Shown here: piece after piece, positions 11,958 through 25,241 of the stretch
Position numbering within the stretch: position 1 is the stretch's first letter
Layout of the letters: the number at the start of each line of letters is the position of its first letter
Assembly (NCBI RefSeq): GCF_006345805.1
Contig: NC_042998.1
Location: 37,634,001-37,698,000, forward strand
Reading direction: 5' to 3'
Origin: Octopus sinensis
Taxonomy: Eukaryota
DNA: 64,000 nucleotides
Notes under the pieces: generated by a model
The model's database searches: none
The model's input: the letters and a program-made list of their open reading frames with translations, nothing else
Told to the model about the DNA's origin: nothing
Position numbers and translations under genes: made by a program

Positions 11958-13070
11958 AACAACAAACAAGATAAGGACAAGTATCCGTCGAATGTAAATA
12001 ATGTCCATCGTAACTGTTGACGAACTAGCAGAGAAACTTGGATTTGGTCATTCAACCATTCATTGACACCTGCGTACCATCTGAAATGTCAGCAAATTGG
12101 GCCAATGGCTCACAACCTTTTCGTGTATAGTTATGCACGGAGAGTGAATGTGCGCTCTTCTTTGTCGTCACGTCTTACGAATGAACTCTTTTTTGGGACT
12201 GAACAGTGACTGGTGTCGAGAAATGTGTTCACTAGAAAAATATCAAACACGGAAAACGCGCGGTAGAGAAAGGAGAAACACCGGCGCCCCAGACTAAAGA
12301 CGGTCTTCATCCACGTAAGGTTTTGTTTTCTGTTTGGTGGGATATAAATGGTTTAGTCCACTTTAAAACTTCAAACCCGAACCAAATGATAACAAAGGAG
12401 ATCTACTGCGAATGGTTTGAAGGAAAACGGCCATCTTTGGTTTCAAGATGTTCGGCTACTTACAGCGGGGGAAACATTCCAAAGGCTGGAGCAGTTTGAA
12501 TAGGAAGCGATGCTCCACCCACCATATTCGCTGTACATTGCCCTATCTGATTATCATCTATTCTGCAGTCTCCAAAATTACTAGGACGGACAAAATATGA
12601 ATTTTGTAGACGAGGTCAGAGCATTACTGGAGGAACATTTTTCGTCACGAGCAAGAGAATTTTGGAAGAATGGCCCTGCAAGTCTACCAGAGAGATGGAA
12701 GATCATTGTTCCAGGAACAGGAGAGTATATTTAAAATTTTTGAAAATTCTTTATCTTAATTTTGATAAATAAACGAACTATAGAAAACTACATTATTTAT
12801 GAGAAGACCCAATACATATACACGAGAAAGATGCTCGTTGCTGGTCTGGAAATTTTGGTATTAAATATTCCAGTAATCAATTTTGAATCAGTCACTATAA
12901 TTCTGTACCAACGCATTATTTCAAGTGAGTTATTGACATTTTAAACCATGTTATTGTGAACTCTGCATAACTTATTATTACTGTTTAATACCTTATTATT
13001 AAAGGACATATCTGAAAGACTTTCAAGCCGTGACGATCCAGTTAATATATCTCTTATATACATACAATAT

Positions 13071-13238
13071 GCGCGGGAGTGACTGTATGGTAAATAGCTT
13101 GCTTATCAACCACATGGTTCCGGGTTCAGTCCCTCTGAGTGGCACCGTGGGCAAGTGTCTTCTACTATAGCCTCGGACCGACCAAAGCCTTGAGTGGATT
13201 TGGTAGACGGAAACTAAAAGACGCCCGTCGTATATATG

Positions 13239-13275
<37 letters not shown>

Positions 13276-13460
13276 TTGTCCCCCAAAATTGCTTGACAAC
13301 GGATGCTGGTGTATTTACGTCCCTGTAATTTAGCGGTTCGGCAAAAGAGAGCGATAGAATAAGTACTAGGCTTACAAGGAATAAGTCCTAGGGTCGATTT
13401 GCTCAACGAAAGGCGATGCTCCAGCATGGCCGTAGTCAGATGACTAAAACAAGTAAAATA
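13071..13460 (+). mobile_element. SINE family A, full length
   Basis: Same head, body, internal microsatellite and tail as 879-1280. Confidence 0.88.
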
Positions 13461-14899
13461 GTATACAAATAGCTGAAGAGAGAGACATAGGAGCTGAAAT
13501 GCCAGGAATAGATATGTATAAATGTAAATTGAAGGGAATATATTTTGGATAATACAATGATTATATTTTGTTAAAGAATAATTGAGAAAAAAAACTATAG
13601 AGAATATTGCAAAAATAATTGGTGACTGATGTTTTCTTGAATAAGAATGTTATTCTAACATTAACCAAAATATAAATGAGCGAATGCTGTTTCATAATCA
13701 ATGCAGTTAGTAACAATCAAACAGATTTGATTGGAAATAATTTCATATCTTTCTCTCTCTACACGCACACACAAACATACAAACACACACACACGCACGC
13801 ACACACACATATATATATATATATATATCGAACCTGATGAGACAAATATTACTTAAATAGATCTGATTGTAGGGATATTGACTGAGGTTTCTAGCATAGT
13901 CCAAGACCTCATCCAGAGAAAACAATTAATACATGTGGAGATACACTTTTAATTTACTGAAATAAACAAAATACAATAACGTGTTGGAAATTTTCGCAAT
14001 CTTTCTCTTTCTCTAGCCTCATTCTCTCTTTCTTCGTCGCTCTCATATACAAACATACGTACATACATATATATCAACAATTGTGTATGTGTGTGTGTGT
14101 GTGTATCATATCACATCATAATGTATAGATTCAGTGTAAAGTACACAATGATTTTAATTGAAGTTATATTTCATATTTACACACAGACACACATACATAC
14201 ATATATCAATTGTTTGAAAGTTTTATTGACCCATTATACAAGGTCAAATTTAGCCGTTGCAGTTTTAGGCAATTCCAGAGATTTCATTAGAACGTTTTTA
14301 GGAAGTATAACTTGTACAAAAGTGATATCCGTTTTTAACTATGATAACAAAAATCATTGATATTATATTTCAAAATGTCCATTTCCGAATTAGTTTCTAA
14401 CATTTACTGTTATTTCTTTTTCTGCAAATCAATTTTCAAAACTCAGATATCACTCGACATATAATAAAACTTCTATTTAGTAAATCTTTCATGTTATGAC
14501 CAGCAGAAAAAGAATATATATAAATATCTCATCTACTTAGACCGCAGCTGAAGTAAAACATTGTTTCTGTGTACAAACCAAAATTCCTGAAACCAAAATA
14601 TTTCGTTTTCCATTTCACAACGATGACGCGTTTGGAATTTGTCGAAATGCTACAAAATCTATTTTTACTGTTTCTTTTACATTCCTGGTTCTTTGTAAGA
14701 CATCAGCGGATATATCCATTGCTTAAGTGGAATCAGTCGGTACCTTAACCTCTGACACAAAATGAAAAAAACTTAAAGCATTATCAGAATACTTACAGAC
14801 AGATTATGCATTCATGTTGGATAATTCATTGATGATATTATTACAAGTTGATTTACGTGTATGCAAATGTATAGTTCATCAGTCGTACTTAATACATTC

Positions 14900-15180
14900 G
14901 TGGAGGCTTAGTGGTTAGAGCAGCGGACTTGCGGTCGAGGGATCGCGGGTTCGCATCTCAGACCAGGTGATGTGTGTGTTTATGAGCGAAACACCTAAGC
15001 TCCATGCGGTTCTGGCAGAAGGTAATGGCAAACTTCTGCTGACTCTTTCGCCGCAACTTTCTCTCAATCTTTCCTCCTGCATCTTGCAGCTCACCTGAAA
15101 CGGACCGGCGTCTCGTCTAGGTGGGGAAACCGGGAAACCGGCCCTTATGAGCCAGGCGTGGCTCAAAAAAGGAACAAATA
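14900..15180 (+). mobile_element. tRNA-derived SINE with GC-rich tail (family C-SINE)
   Basis: A box 'ggcttagtggttagagc', B box 'gggttcgcatct'; body 'gaaacacctaagctcc' shared with 62065-62240 and 63420-63568. Confidence 0.75.
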
Positions 15181-16658
15181 AAATAAAGTTAATACATTTA
15201 ATTCAATATTAACACAGTTGATACGATTCGGTATCAGATCTGTAGTGATATATTATATGACGTACAATATGTTACAACCTATGCAAAAGTTACATATCAA
15301 GTGAAGGGTACAAAATCAGGTCTGATACGCTTGTGTTTTCTAAATCTCCTGGAACCAACTAACTTACACCAGATTTGATGCAGACCCTGACCTGATACCA
15401 TATTGCTATATCCTCTAACAAATTCTAAGGTCGTGTAAGATTTTCGTCTTTTATCAAGCATGAATCAAAATAGAGTTATTCAATGGAAAGCAGAAGATAC
15501 ATCTCGTTTTATTATCATTTCAACGTAATATTTGTTTATGGACTTTTTATCCAGTATTTGTTGCTTTCAGAATATAGACAATTATACTTCTTAATTAAAT
15601 ATGAATGTTTATCTCAAGGTCATTTTTAATTGTGTTAACTCCAAATCAAAATTACCCTTGCACGACCACGCCATCTGTTCAATTATATCTGTCAGGTCGT
15701 CCGACAAGGCTGAATTTTCCTCAATGGCGCGTTTCTAATTAGTAAAGTTGGAAGAAAATACCCCTTAAGTTAAGTCTTCAAAATAATGTGGAATGATAAT
15801 TTTGAAAAACGCCATACAAATTCCAACTGTATATAATGGATTATATAATTATCAATGCATCGGCATCGATAAAAAACGTATAGAAACAAAGCAATTATCA
15901 TCTACTTGAAAACTAATTACAACAGAAACCAAATATCAAGAAAGTTGTTGAAAATTTCAAAAAATGGTAAATATATATATTATACAAGATGGCTGAATGC
16001 AGTGCCTAAATCCGTTCCTGGAGGGAACTGCATAAAATAATGAAAATATAATATTTTAATACCAGAAGACGGTTTGATAAGCTCGTTATTAAAAGAAGTA
16101 CAACTGATTATAAATATGAGTTGATCAGTGATGTGTAGGATACCCCCATCGTTAATATCTTGTATTGTTCGTAAACCGAAGAAAATTAGATTGAGATTAT
16201 CATGCTAGCCTGTATCCATGGAAGTATAATTATCTCTACGTTGATCATTTTCATTTCTTTCCTCATAGTTCGAGATATCCTCCCAGTATTATGTTAATGC
16301 AGGTACATTTTCTTTGTGAAATCTAATTACAGGCATTCGATGTTTCTCTGAAAACCTCTTCCACAATTCAAGCAACATCTGTATAACAACTGTGTTCCTA
16401 TCTTTGTAACCTGTATAACTTTAAGGGAGATAACTCATATAGTAAGACACTATTGGTTGTTGTGGTAACAGTAGAGATGTGAGCGGATGGTTTGGCTGTT
16501 ATGGGGGTGGTGGTGACAGCACCGATGGCATCGGTGTTGACGATAGAGAATGGAAAAAGATACATAGAGAGAGAGAGAGAGAGATGAAAGACTAGTTATT
16601 TCATTCTCCTTATCTCTCTCTCTCTCTCACGCACGCACACACACACACACACATACAC

Positions 16659-16700
<42 letters not shown>

Positions 16701-16724
16701 TATATATATGAGAGACAGAGATAA

Positions 16725-17380
16725 TCTTAGATATGTTTCGACCAAATATTGGCCCGAGTCATGTCTAACTACTGGTCCATTCAAGTAGTGAGTTCTTGTT
16801 GAGTGAGTTGTATCCAGGTATGGATGGCTTATCTGCTTTTCCTTGAAGAAATCTGTCCAGATTCTTTTTCCTCTTTAATCGGTTTTGGGACAATGTTAAG
16901 CGGGGCAGAGCCTGTCGAGGAAAAGAAATTATGTCGCAGTGTACCTATATGTTGTGATCCTGAATTGGGCAGGGGACGTATGGCCCGTGGTCCCAGCCTT
17001 AGATGAACCTTGAAACTAATGTTCAGGTCGTTTGGGCAATGCTGGCGGTATGTTCTCCACATCTTACAAATCATGTACTCTCGCGGCGGCGCTGGAGAGA
17101 GTAGAGTTTCAAGTCTTTAAGGCGGTCCCAGTAATCGAGATCAGTCATGCCTTCAATTCGTTTAGTGAGTGCTCTCTGGGGTGATTCAATCCTCAAGATG
17201 TTTTGTTTCGTGTGGGGAGACCAAAAGGGGCGACAATATTCGAGTTGTGGCCGTACAAAGGAGGAGAAAAGTGGAATGATAACACCTTTTTCTCTGAACC
17301 GGAAGGTTTATAGTAAATATCCAATATACTACTGGATGTGTACCAACGTATTTTAACCGAGTGCTTACTATTGCATGGCC
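16725..17380 (-). mobile_element. CR1/L2-type LINE ORF2 C-terminal fragment and 3' end
   Basis: Minus: FSSFVRPQLEYCRPFWSPHTKQNILRIESPQRALTKRIEGMTDLDYWDRLKDLKLYSLQRRRE; second copy at 47824. Confidence 0.88.
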
Positions 17381-17385
17381 CAAGG

Positions 17386-17503
17386 CTTATTCTTTGTAAG
17401 CCTAGTACTTATTCTATCTGTCTCTTTTGCCGAACCGCTAAGTTATGGGGACGTAAACACACCAGCATCGGTTGTCAAGTGATGTTGGCGGACAAACACA
17501 CAA

Positions 17504-17557
<54 letters not shown>

Positions 17558-17712
17558 GACGGGCTTCTTTCAGTTTTCGTCTACGAAATCCACTTACAAG
17601 GCTTTGGTTGGACGAGGCTATAGAAGAAAACACTTGGCCAAGGTGCCACGCAGTGGGACTGAACCCGGAACCATGTGGTTGGTAAGCAAGCTACTTACCA
17701 CACAGCCACTCT
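17386..17712 (-). mobile_element. SINE family A
   Basis: Reverse-complement homology to 13071-13460. Confidence 0.85.
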
Positions 17713-18599
17713 AACGCCTATATATATATATACACACACACACAAAAAATTATCACAGAACGGTTACTCAGTTTCACGTTCCCGTTCGTTGGATGGTTGT
17801 GAATTATCATAACTCTCTACGTTTGATATTCGAATACTATTTTTCTCTCTCTGGTTTTACTCTTATGTGCTCACCTATGTATGTATATATATATATACAT
17901 ATATACATGTATATATATATAGAGAGAGAGAGAGACTATGTGTGTGTCTGTCACCACCATCAACACCATGAGAGCCAACATTTTCTTACGTGCGTATACA
18001 TCCATTATTGAATATTGTGATTCTAGCAGTGAGCGTTCGCGTATATGTGCCACTAAATTTATCTCTCTATTCATCTGTCTCATCTGTATATCTCTATACC
18101 ATTTTACGCTTCCTAATATGGGAGAAAAAGCTCACTGCAAACACAAACACACACATCGATACACACGCAAAAATGAATACATACAGACGAACATAGATTC
18201 GTACGAATGAACCTTGAACCTTGGTTAAAAACCGGCGCTCTTTCTCTATTGTCAAGAAATCTTGAAAAACTGAACAAAGACAAAAATACACAAGGAATTT
18301 CAATTACTAAATCATTCCAGTATGACAAAATAAGCACTAAGAAACTCATCTAAGCATTAGGAGAGCACGTGACAATAAGTTATTACCGAAAGGGAAGGCG
18401 TTTATTCCGGATAATGCACAATAAAAACTGGCAGTGAAATATCCAGAGGTATTACTAGTCTAATATGACGCTATTATTCGCTCGTCTATATTCGGATTTA
18501 TTTCTCGTTATGTTTTTGTTATCATTATATATTTCTGTATCCTTCTCTACCTCTCTCATTCTCTTTGTATGCATATGAACACACATTGATATCTTTTAG

Positions 18600-18790
18600 C
18601 TTTTACTTGTTTCCGTCATGAGACTGAGGCCATGCTGGGACACCGCCTTCGAGAATCGTAATCGAACTAATCGACCAGAGTAATTACGTTTTAAGACGGG
18701 TACTTTTGCCGAACCGCTAGCTTACGGGGACGTAAACGTTCAAATACTGGTTTTCAAGCGGTGGTGGGCAAAGACACATACACACACGCG
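18600..18790 (-). mobile_element. SINE family A, 3' half
   Basis: 'ggccatgctgggacaccgcc' and 'ttttgccgaaccgctagcttacggggacgtaaac'. Confidence 0.65.
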
Positions 18791-19172
18791 CACACACATA
18801 TATATACACCCGATATATATTTTTTATATATACGATATACATGTATGTATGTATAGAGGTAAGTAAATTTAGTGGTTGAAATAACTGTCTAAGGGATATT
18901 GAGCCTTCTTTCCTCATCTCGAGGTCATGTTCTTTCCTCTTCCCACATCTTTTAAGTTATATATTTGTATTGACTGATGAAGCTCCATGTACTAGATCGG
19001 AAGGGCTATAAATATGACGAACCTTATCTTCGGAAGTTCCTTTGGGGCCAACGTCTGATATATTGGTAGCTGAAACGGCCATAAGCGATGTTATAGTTTT
19101 GTATAAAAAAATAATTAACCGATGTTGGGCAATTTGTTTGATCGAAAGTTTTCTAAATTTTCTGCTTTATAT

Positions 19173-19236
<64 letters not shown>

Positions 19237-19950
19237 CACATACGATGTGCTTCTTTCAGTTTCCGTTTACCAAATCCACTCACAAGGCTATGGTAGGCCC
19301 AAGGTGCCATATAGTGAGACTGAACCTTGGACATGTACATTTGTTTATATATATATATATATATATAGGGGGAGCATGTGTGTGTGTTTGTGTGGTTACA
19401 TATGTGTGTGCATGACTATACGTATGCACGTACGTCCGACTGCATGCATCCTACGACAATTTCATAGTTTATACTCCTCAGATTCTCTTTCGCATCTTAC
19501 CGTCGTTTATCAATATACACAAAATCTCAGCATGCCTCATTGCCTAATAAGAACAACAACACAAGATGGGGAGTAAAAGCGTCATTCCCTGAGGTTACGA
19601 CACAAATATCATTAATATATAAACAATAAAATGCTTGAGGCATAAACTTTACTCTTCAACATAAACATTTTCTTAAGCGTTGAGATATCATAATTAAAAT
19701 CATGATTTCTGCGATAGAAACACGGCTAAAAAATTTCAGAAAGCAAGAGATGCGGGAGATGCCAATTATATTTGCTTTAGTATTTAACTTATGCAATTCT
19801 ATTCACCTCCGATGTCTGCAATGCAAAAGAAGTATAGTTTACGTACAGCAGAGAAAATTTCTCCCTCGTTCTAACGTTTGTAATAAAGTTTTGTCAATGC
19901 TAAGGTTGCAAGATATAATCACATGGTTTATTGTCTTATTATTATTATTA

Positions 19951-20475
19951 CTGAGTGAGAGAGCGGCGCATGCCATTAAAGTGACACTGGGGTAAAATAC
20001 ACGAAGCCCTATATACCCATCATGATTACCCGTCTAATAAGGGTACACCAGGCAGATGTGCACAACATGGTGATCTCATATCAAGATAAACAGTACATGA
20101 CCTTGCAGGTGGGGCCCAGTTAGAATTTTCTTCAGGTCGAGTATCCGATCTCGTTCAAAAGTTCCGTGGGTATCTTAAAGATGTTTAATAAAACACCCAT
20201 GTCTCCAGAGGTGAATTTTTTAAACCCCAAAGAATTCCTCTCAACAGATGGCTATGATGCTCCTCCACTACTTCTGCATAAGAGATGAGCATATTGTCAG
20301 CCGCTGTGCTCAACTGGTTATGGTCAAGCAAGTGACCAGCAAATCTCTTGTATTGACCAGAATATTTGATGTAACCCATTCTTTATATCAAGACAAAACA
20401 TGTACGTGATAACACTTCCAATGAGTTAAGATGAGAAGCCAGGAGAGCCAGTGACTGGCACTGCATGAAGACATT
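19951..20475. mobile_element. Non-coding dispersed element embedded in (TAA)n-like tracts
   Basis: Reverse-orientation homologue of 55201-55784. Confidence 0.75.
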
Positions 20476-20774
20476 TACGATTATCATCATCATTATTCAA
20501 GACGTCGTACATTAAACCACTATTGTGATGTTGTAGCTTGAATATATTGCGTATACCGGGGGCTTTAACTGTCAAGTCATAACAAGAACCTGAGTCGACT
20601 TTACGCGGTATGCGTGCAGTTACAAGTAAAACCGATTTTTGGAATACGCCAAGATTCTAAGTTATTTCTAGAGGGTCCAGATGTTGGGTGGGATTGAACT
20701 CATTGTTCTGATGACAACAGGAACAACCTGATTGTAACAAAAATAACAACAAAAACAACAATCCTTTCTACTAT

Positions 20775-20965
20775 GGGCACAAGGCCGGAAATTTGTGGGA
20801 CGGGTTCAAGTTGATTACATCGACCCAAGTGTTTCACTGCTACTTAATTTATCGACCCCGAAAGGATGAAAGGCAAAGTCGACCTCGGCGGAATTTGAAC
20901 TCAGAACGTAGGGACGGGTGAAATACCGCTAAGTATTTCGTCCAGCATGCTAACGATTCTGGCAG
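20775..20965 (-). mobile_element. tRNA-derived SINE (family D)
   Basis: 'aaaggatgaaaggcaaagtcgacctcggcggaatttgaactcagaacgta' shared with 63050-63226 and others. Confidence 0.8.
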
Positions 20966-22905
20966 CTCTCCTAATAATAATAATAATAATAATAACGCTA
21001 GGACCGCTCAGTACCTACTTTGTTAATTATTGTATACACGGCATTGTTCAACACCCCATTTTTTCCTTGTATTATATCGTCCCTGCTTTTGTTCAGCCCT
21101 TGTGGCCAATAAAAGTGTTATTATTATTATTATTATCAAGGCTTCTTTTAAGCTTAGTGGCATTTCGTCCGAGGGTATTGACCCAAGCATCAATTTCTAT
21201 ATTTGTACTGATATCAGAAATATAGTTTATTCGTTGTACTATAAGAGGTTAAATTTCTATAAATATGAAACAAATCTGTATTTGTAAAGGCCATGATAAT
21301 TACATATTTCTTTCCTTACGATATGTCAAAAAATTTGTTATCGTCTGCGCGTAGTGGTACATCATTTGATGTGTGAATATATTTTTGTTAAAAACCTTGT
21401 ATGTAAATTTGAAGTACGAAGTATAACAATTTATCAGTTATAAAATATTTTTTCTCTTGTATACAAATATACTACGAGGCAGACAATATTGTATCAGATA
21501 TTGCAAGTTTTAGAGTCTGTTCTATTGCTATGCGAATTCCAATAATACGATTTTTTCACACAATTTATCATACGTTTCACATGATTTATCCTGTGTTTCA
21601 CTATTTTCGGAACAAGATACAGACACATTTTTATAAGGATATCCTGAATATTTTTACATCCGGGACTTCTTAGCAAGTGAATTTTCTCATCTGCTAGGCT
21701 CACACTGGTCTGTCATCGGATCATAGATATCTACTTGAAAATATTATGTTATTGAACAGCAACAGGAATCGTACTGTTTTGTACTTCCATTTCGCAATGC
21801 ACAACAAAGCACTCAAAAACATACTTTCTTTCTCCAGATCCGTACTTAAAGTTGTTTTTTGTTTTTTTTTTGGCAAAGAGCAACTATTCTAAATTATATT
21901 CTATTCTGTATGTAATGTCGTTCTAATAATATATTATTTGCAGCATATGATACATTGTACGTAATAATGCAATATATATCGCATGACAAACCCCTTCACA
22001 TCTCTTCCTTCTACAACAGTTTTTATGCTTGTAAAAGATAACTGTATTATTACTTGCACAGCGAAAATATTACACTAGAGGCAGCCAACTCCATAGACGC
22101 GTGGGTGTAAATATAAGGCGTGTGTGTATTTGTAGTTCTCACTAATCAAAGATATAGTAATTAGTTACGCCATGTGTGCTGAGGACGTTTTATTACAGTT
22201 GTATTCGTGTGATTTTTTTGTTGTCTGTTATTGCCCCAAAAAGGATGTGCTACTAACTGTTGTAAGTTTGAAATTTCTGAGAGTATATTAGTAATGCCTG
22301 TATTTTACGTTTGGTTCTTGTTTCCTTTTTTTATCAATAATTGCCTCCAGTGGAAACGTTCGCAGAAATAAACATTAATTAATGAAATATTTTTATTTCT
22401 CTTTCACTTTTTTTACTTCCCTTTCGCCAACCACTTACACTTTGATAAGGCTAAAAACCGTAACCCACTGATAAATAAGCATATCGTTGTGAAGCGTGCC
22501 TATGCAATTCCGGTAGTGGAATATATTCATGCTTAAACAACACCACTGTACGTCTATTTGTGAAACTATTGCGCTTCTGTATTTGATATTTCAAACTGTA
22601 AAAAGAATGTTAATATAAATTAACCATCCCTGAGTACAAATTACACACACATTCAACACTTTTGCAGGGTAGGCAAAACATGACATTATCAAAAATATAA
22701 TTAAAAATCAAATATCATTATTTATTCTAAAGTTTACTCGCCGCAGGGAAATGGGTTCAAACGTGTAACACTCAGCAGTTCGTAAAAGAAAGACTCTCGG
22801 AGCATTAATGAATATATATATATATGTATATTATGTATGTATATGAATGTGTATATGTATGTATGTATGTGTGTGTATATATATATATATTATATATATA
22901 TATAT

Positions 22906-23647
22906 GCAGAAAGTGGGAGGGCAGAAAGGGAGGGCGGGAGACGGAGATACAGAGAGTTAAGTATTCGGTTAAGATTTTCAATTACAAATATAAAATCCAA
23001 GCTCACTTGACCCCTTTAGAAGCAGAAAGTCAAGGCGGAAAGCAACGGCACAGATTGGTCGCGAGATGCAATCACACATGTCCCCTAATCAATACAATAG
23101 TGTTTTATTTTATGCCAAAGCCATTCTAGATTTCTTAAATAACTACAAGTCGTGCATAATCTTAAAATTCGACATGATTGTTCAATCGATCAACATACTT
23201 CATTGCAAAGAAAAGTAGCCGAAGTCGTGAAGGAAGTACTTTAAACCGATGTGTAGTTAATTGCCACTCCAAGAACAGAAAAGCTTGAAAAACTGTTCGT
23301 ATTTATTAGAAGAGGATATATTCCTTTCCTTGTCCTTTAGGCAAAAGGTCCGAGATTAAGGGGAAGGGGCGGGGTGACCGACTAATCGAATCTAGTGCTT
23401 CAGTGGTACTTAATTTATAGATCCAAATCGACAAAGGCAAGTTGACCTCGAAGGAATTCAAATTCAGAACGTAAAATAGGAAGGAATCACGTGAAGACTT
23501 TTGTGCTGCGATGCAACGATTCAGCCATTTTGAAAGAGAACACGTTGCCACTGACTTCTTCTGACTTCATAGACGTTATATATATATATATGTATGTATG
23601 TATGTGTGTGTATTATATATATATATATATATGTATGTATGTGTGTG

Positions 23648-23678
<31 letters not shown>

Positions 23679-24291
23679 ATATATATATGCATGTATATGT
23701 ATATATATGCATGTATATGTATATATATGCATGTATATGTATATATATATGCATGTATATGTATATATATATATGCATGTATATGTATATATATATATGC
23801 ATGTATATGTATATATATATATGCATGTATATGTATATATGCATGTATATATATATATATGCATGTATATATATATATATATGCATATATATATATATAT
23901 GCATATATATATATATATGCATGTATATATATATATGCATGTATATATATATATATATATATGCATGTATATATATGTATATTATGTATGTATATGAATG
24001 TGTATATGCATGTATATATATGTATATTATGTATGTATATGAATGTGTATATGTATGTATATATATATATGTATTATGTATGTATGTATGTGTATGTACG
24101 TACATATATGTATATATATATATGTGTATGTATGTATATTATGTATGTATATGAATGTGTATATGTATGTATGTATATATATATATATGTATGTATGTAT
24201 GTGTATGTATGTACATATATAGGTATGTATGTATGTATGTGTATGTATGTACATATATAGGTATGTATGTATAGGTATGTATATGTATGTA

Positions 24292-24353
<62 letters not shown>

Positions 24354-25024
24354 GAAAGTGGGAGGGCAGAAAGGGAGGGCGGGAGACGGAGATACAGAGA
24401 GTTAAGTATTCGGTTAAGATTTTCAATTACAAATATAAAATCCAAGCTCACTTGACCCCTTTAGAAGCAGAAAGTCAAGGCGGAAAGCAACGGCACAGAT
24501 TGGTCCGCGAGATGCAATCACACATGTCCCCTAATCAATACAATAGTGTTTTATTTTATGCCAAAGCCATTCTAGATTTCTTAAATAACTACAAAGTCGT
24601 GCATAATCTTAAAATTCGACATGATTGTTCAATCGATCAACATACTTCATTGCAAAGAAAAGTAGCCGAAGTCGTGAAGGAAGTACTTTAAACCGATGTG
24701 TAGTTAATTGCCACTCCAAGAACAGAAAAGCTTGAAAAACTGTTCGTATTTATTAGAAGAGGATATATTCCTTTCCTTGTCCTTTAGGCAAAAGGTCCGA
24801 GATTAAGGGGAAGGGGCGGGGTGACCGACTAATCGAATCTAGTGCTTCAGTGGTACTTAATTTATAGATCCAAATCGACAAAGGCAAGTTGACCTCGAAG
24901 GAATTCAAATTCAGAACGTAAAATAGGAAGGAATCACGTGAAGACTTTTGTGCTGCGATGCAACGATTCAGCCATTTTGAAAGAGAACACGTTGCCACTG
25001 ACTTCTTCTGACTTCATAGACGTT
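22906..25024. repeat. Tandem duplication of a 0.67-kb block (22906-23577 and 24351-25024)
   Basis: Copies appear identical except two 1-bp insertions; the ORF track gives the same 81-aa peptide twice. Confidence 0.95.
23578..24350. repeat. Complex (TA)/(TATG)/(ATATATGCATGT) simple-repeat array
   Basis: Directly visible; source of spurious Y/I/M/C ORFs. Confidence 0.95.
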
Positions 25025-25241
25025 ATATATATATATATATATATATATATAATGTGTATATGTATGTATATGTGACGTCGAAGTTTCGCCTAGTAAGCTT
25101 TCATCAGACGATAGATTAACTAGCCGCGTAACTTCCAAGTTACTGTCCATAATATTCTTTTAAGAACAATAATCTTTACTCTACAAAAGTATAGAGTAAC
25201 CCGCCCGCGCCTTCAGATAAATGTAAAATTGCTTTTACTAT

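Larger units (their letters stand above)
11436..12004. mobile_element. Palindromic non-autonomous element (tRNA-derived head plus hammerhead-like motif in each arm), Penelope-like
   Basis: Arms are reverse complements around a 12-nt loop (11737-11748); 10-bp TSD ccatcgtaac at 11426-11435 and 12005-12014; removing it restores the mariner NPIVT/VTVDEL junction. Confidence 0.9.
11200..12812 (+). pseudogene. Decayed mariner transposon with both TIRs, interrupted by a 569-bp insertion
   Basis: TIRs ttgggtcaccttatagataatgcgggtttt and aaaactacattatttatgagaagacccaa with TA flanks. Peptides NINAVYGDRTLSV..EDEP..VEFDEDIL..EQNPIVT, then VTVDELAEKLGFGHSTIH, GLHPRKVLFSVWWDING and HPPYS..IA.SDYHLF. Stops and frameshifts present. 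Confidence 0.93.

Noticed and set aside
18974-19100. CTGATGAAGCTCC and a later GAAACGGCC
   Set aside because: Possibly a very decayed Penelope end, but no consistent hammerhead fold could be built.
23690-23960. Regular 18-20-bp repeats resembling a CRISPR-like array
   Set aside because: No unique spacers; simple ATATATGCATGT satellite in a eukaryotic context.
23491-24260. Long ORFs of 160-220 aa (also near 31000, 33000, 41000 and 58600)
   Set aside because: Translations of dinucleotide or tetranucleotide repeats that lack stop codons; no coding evidence.
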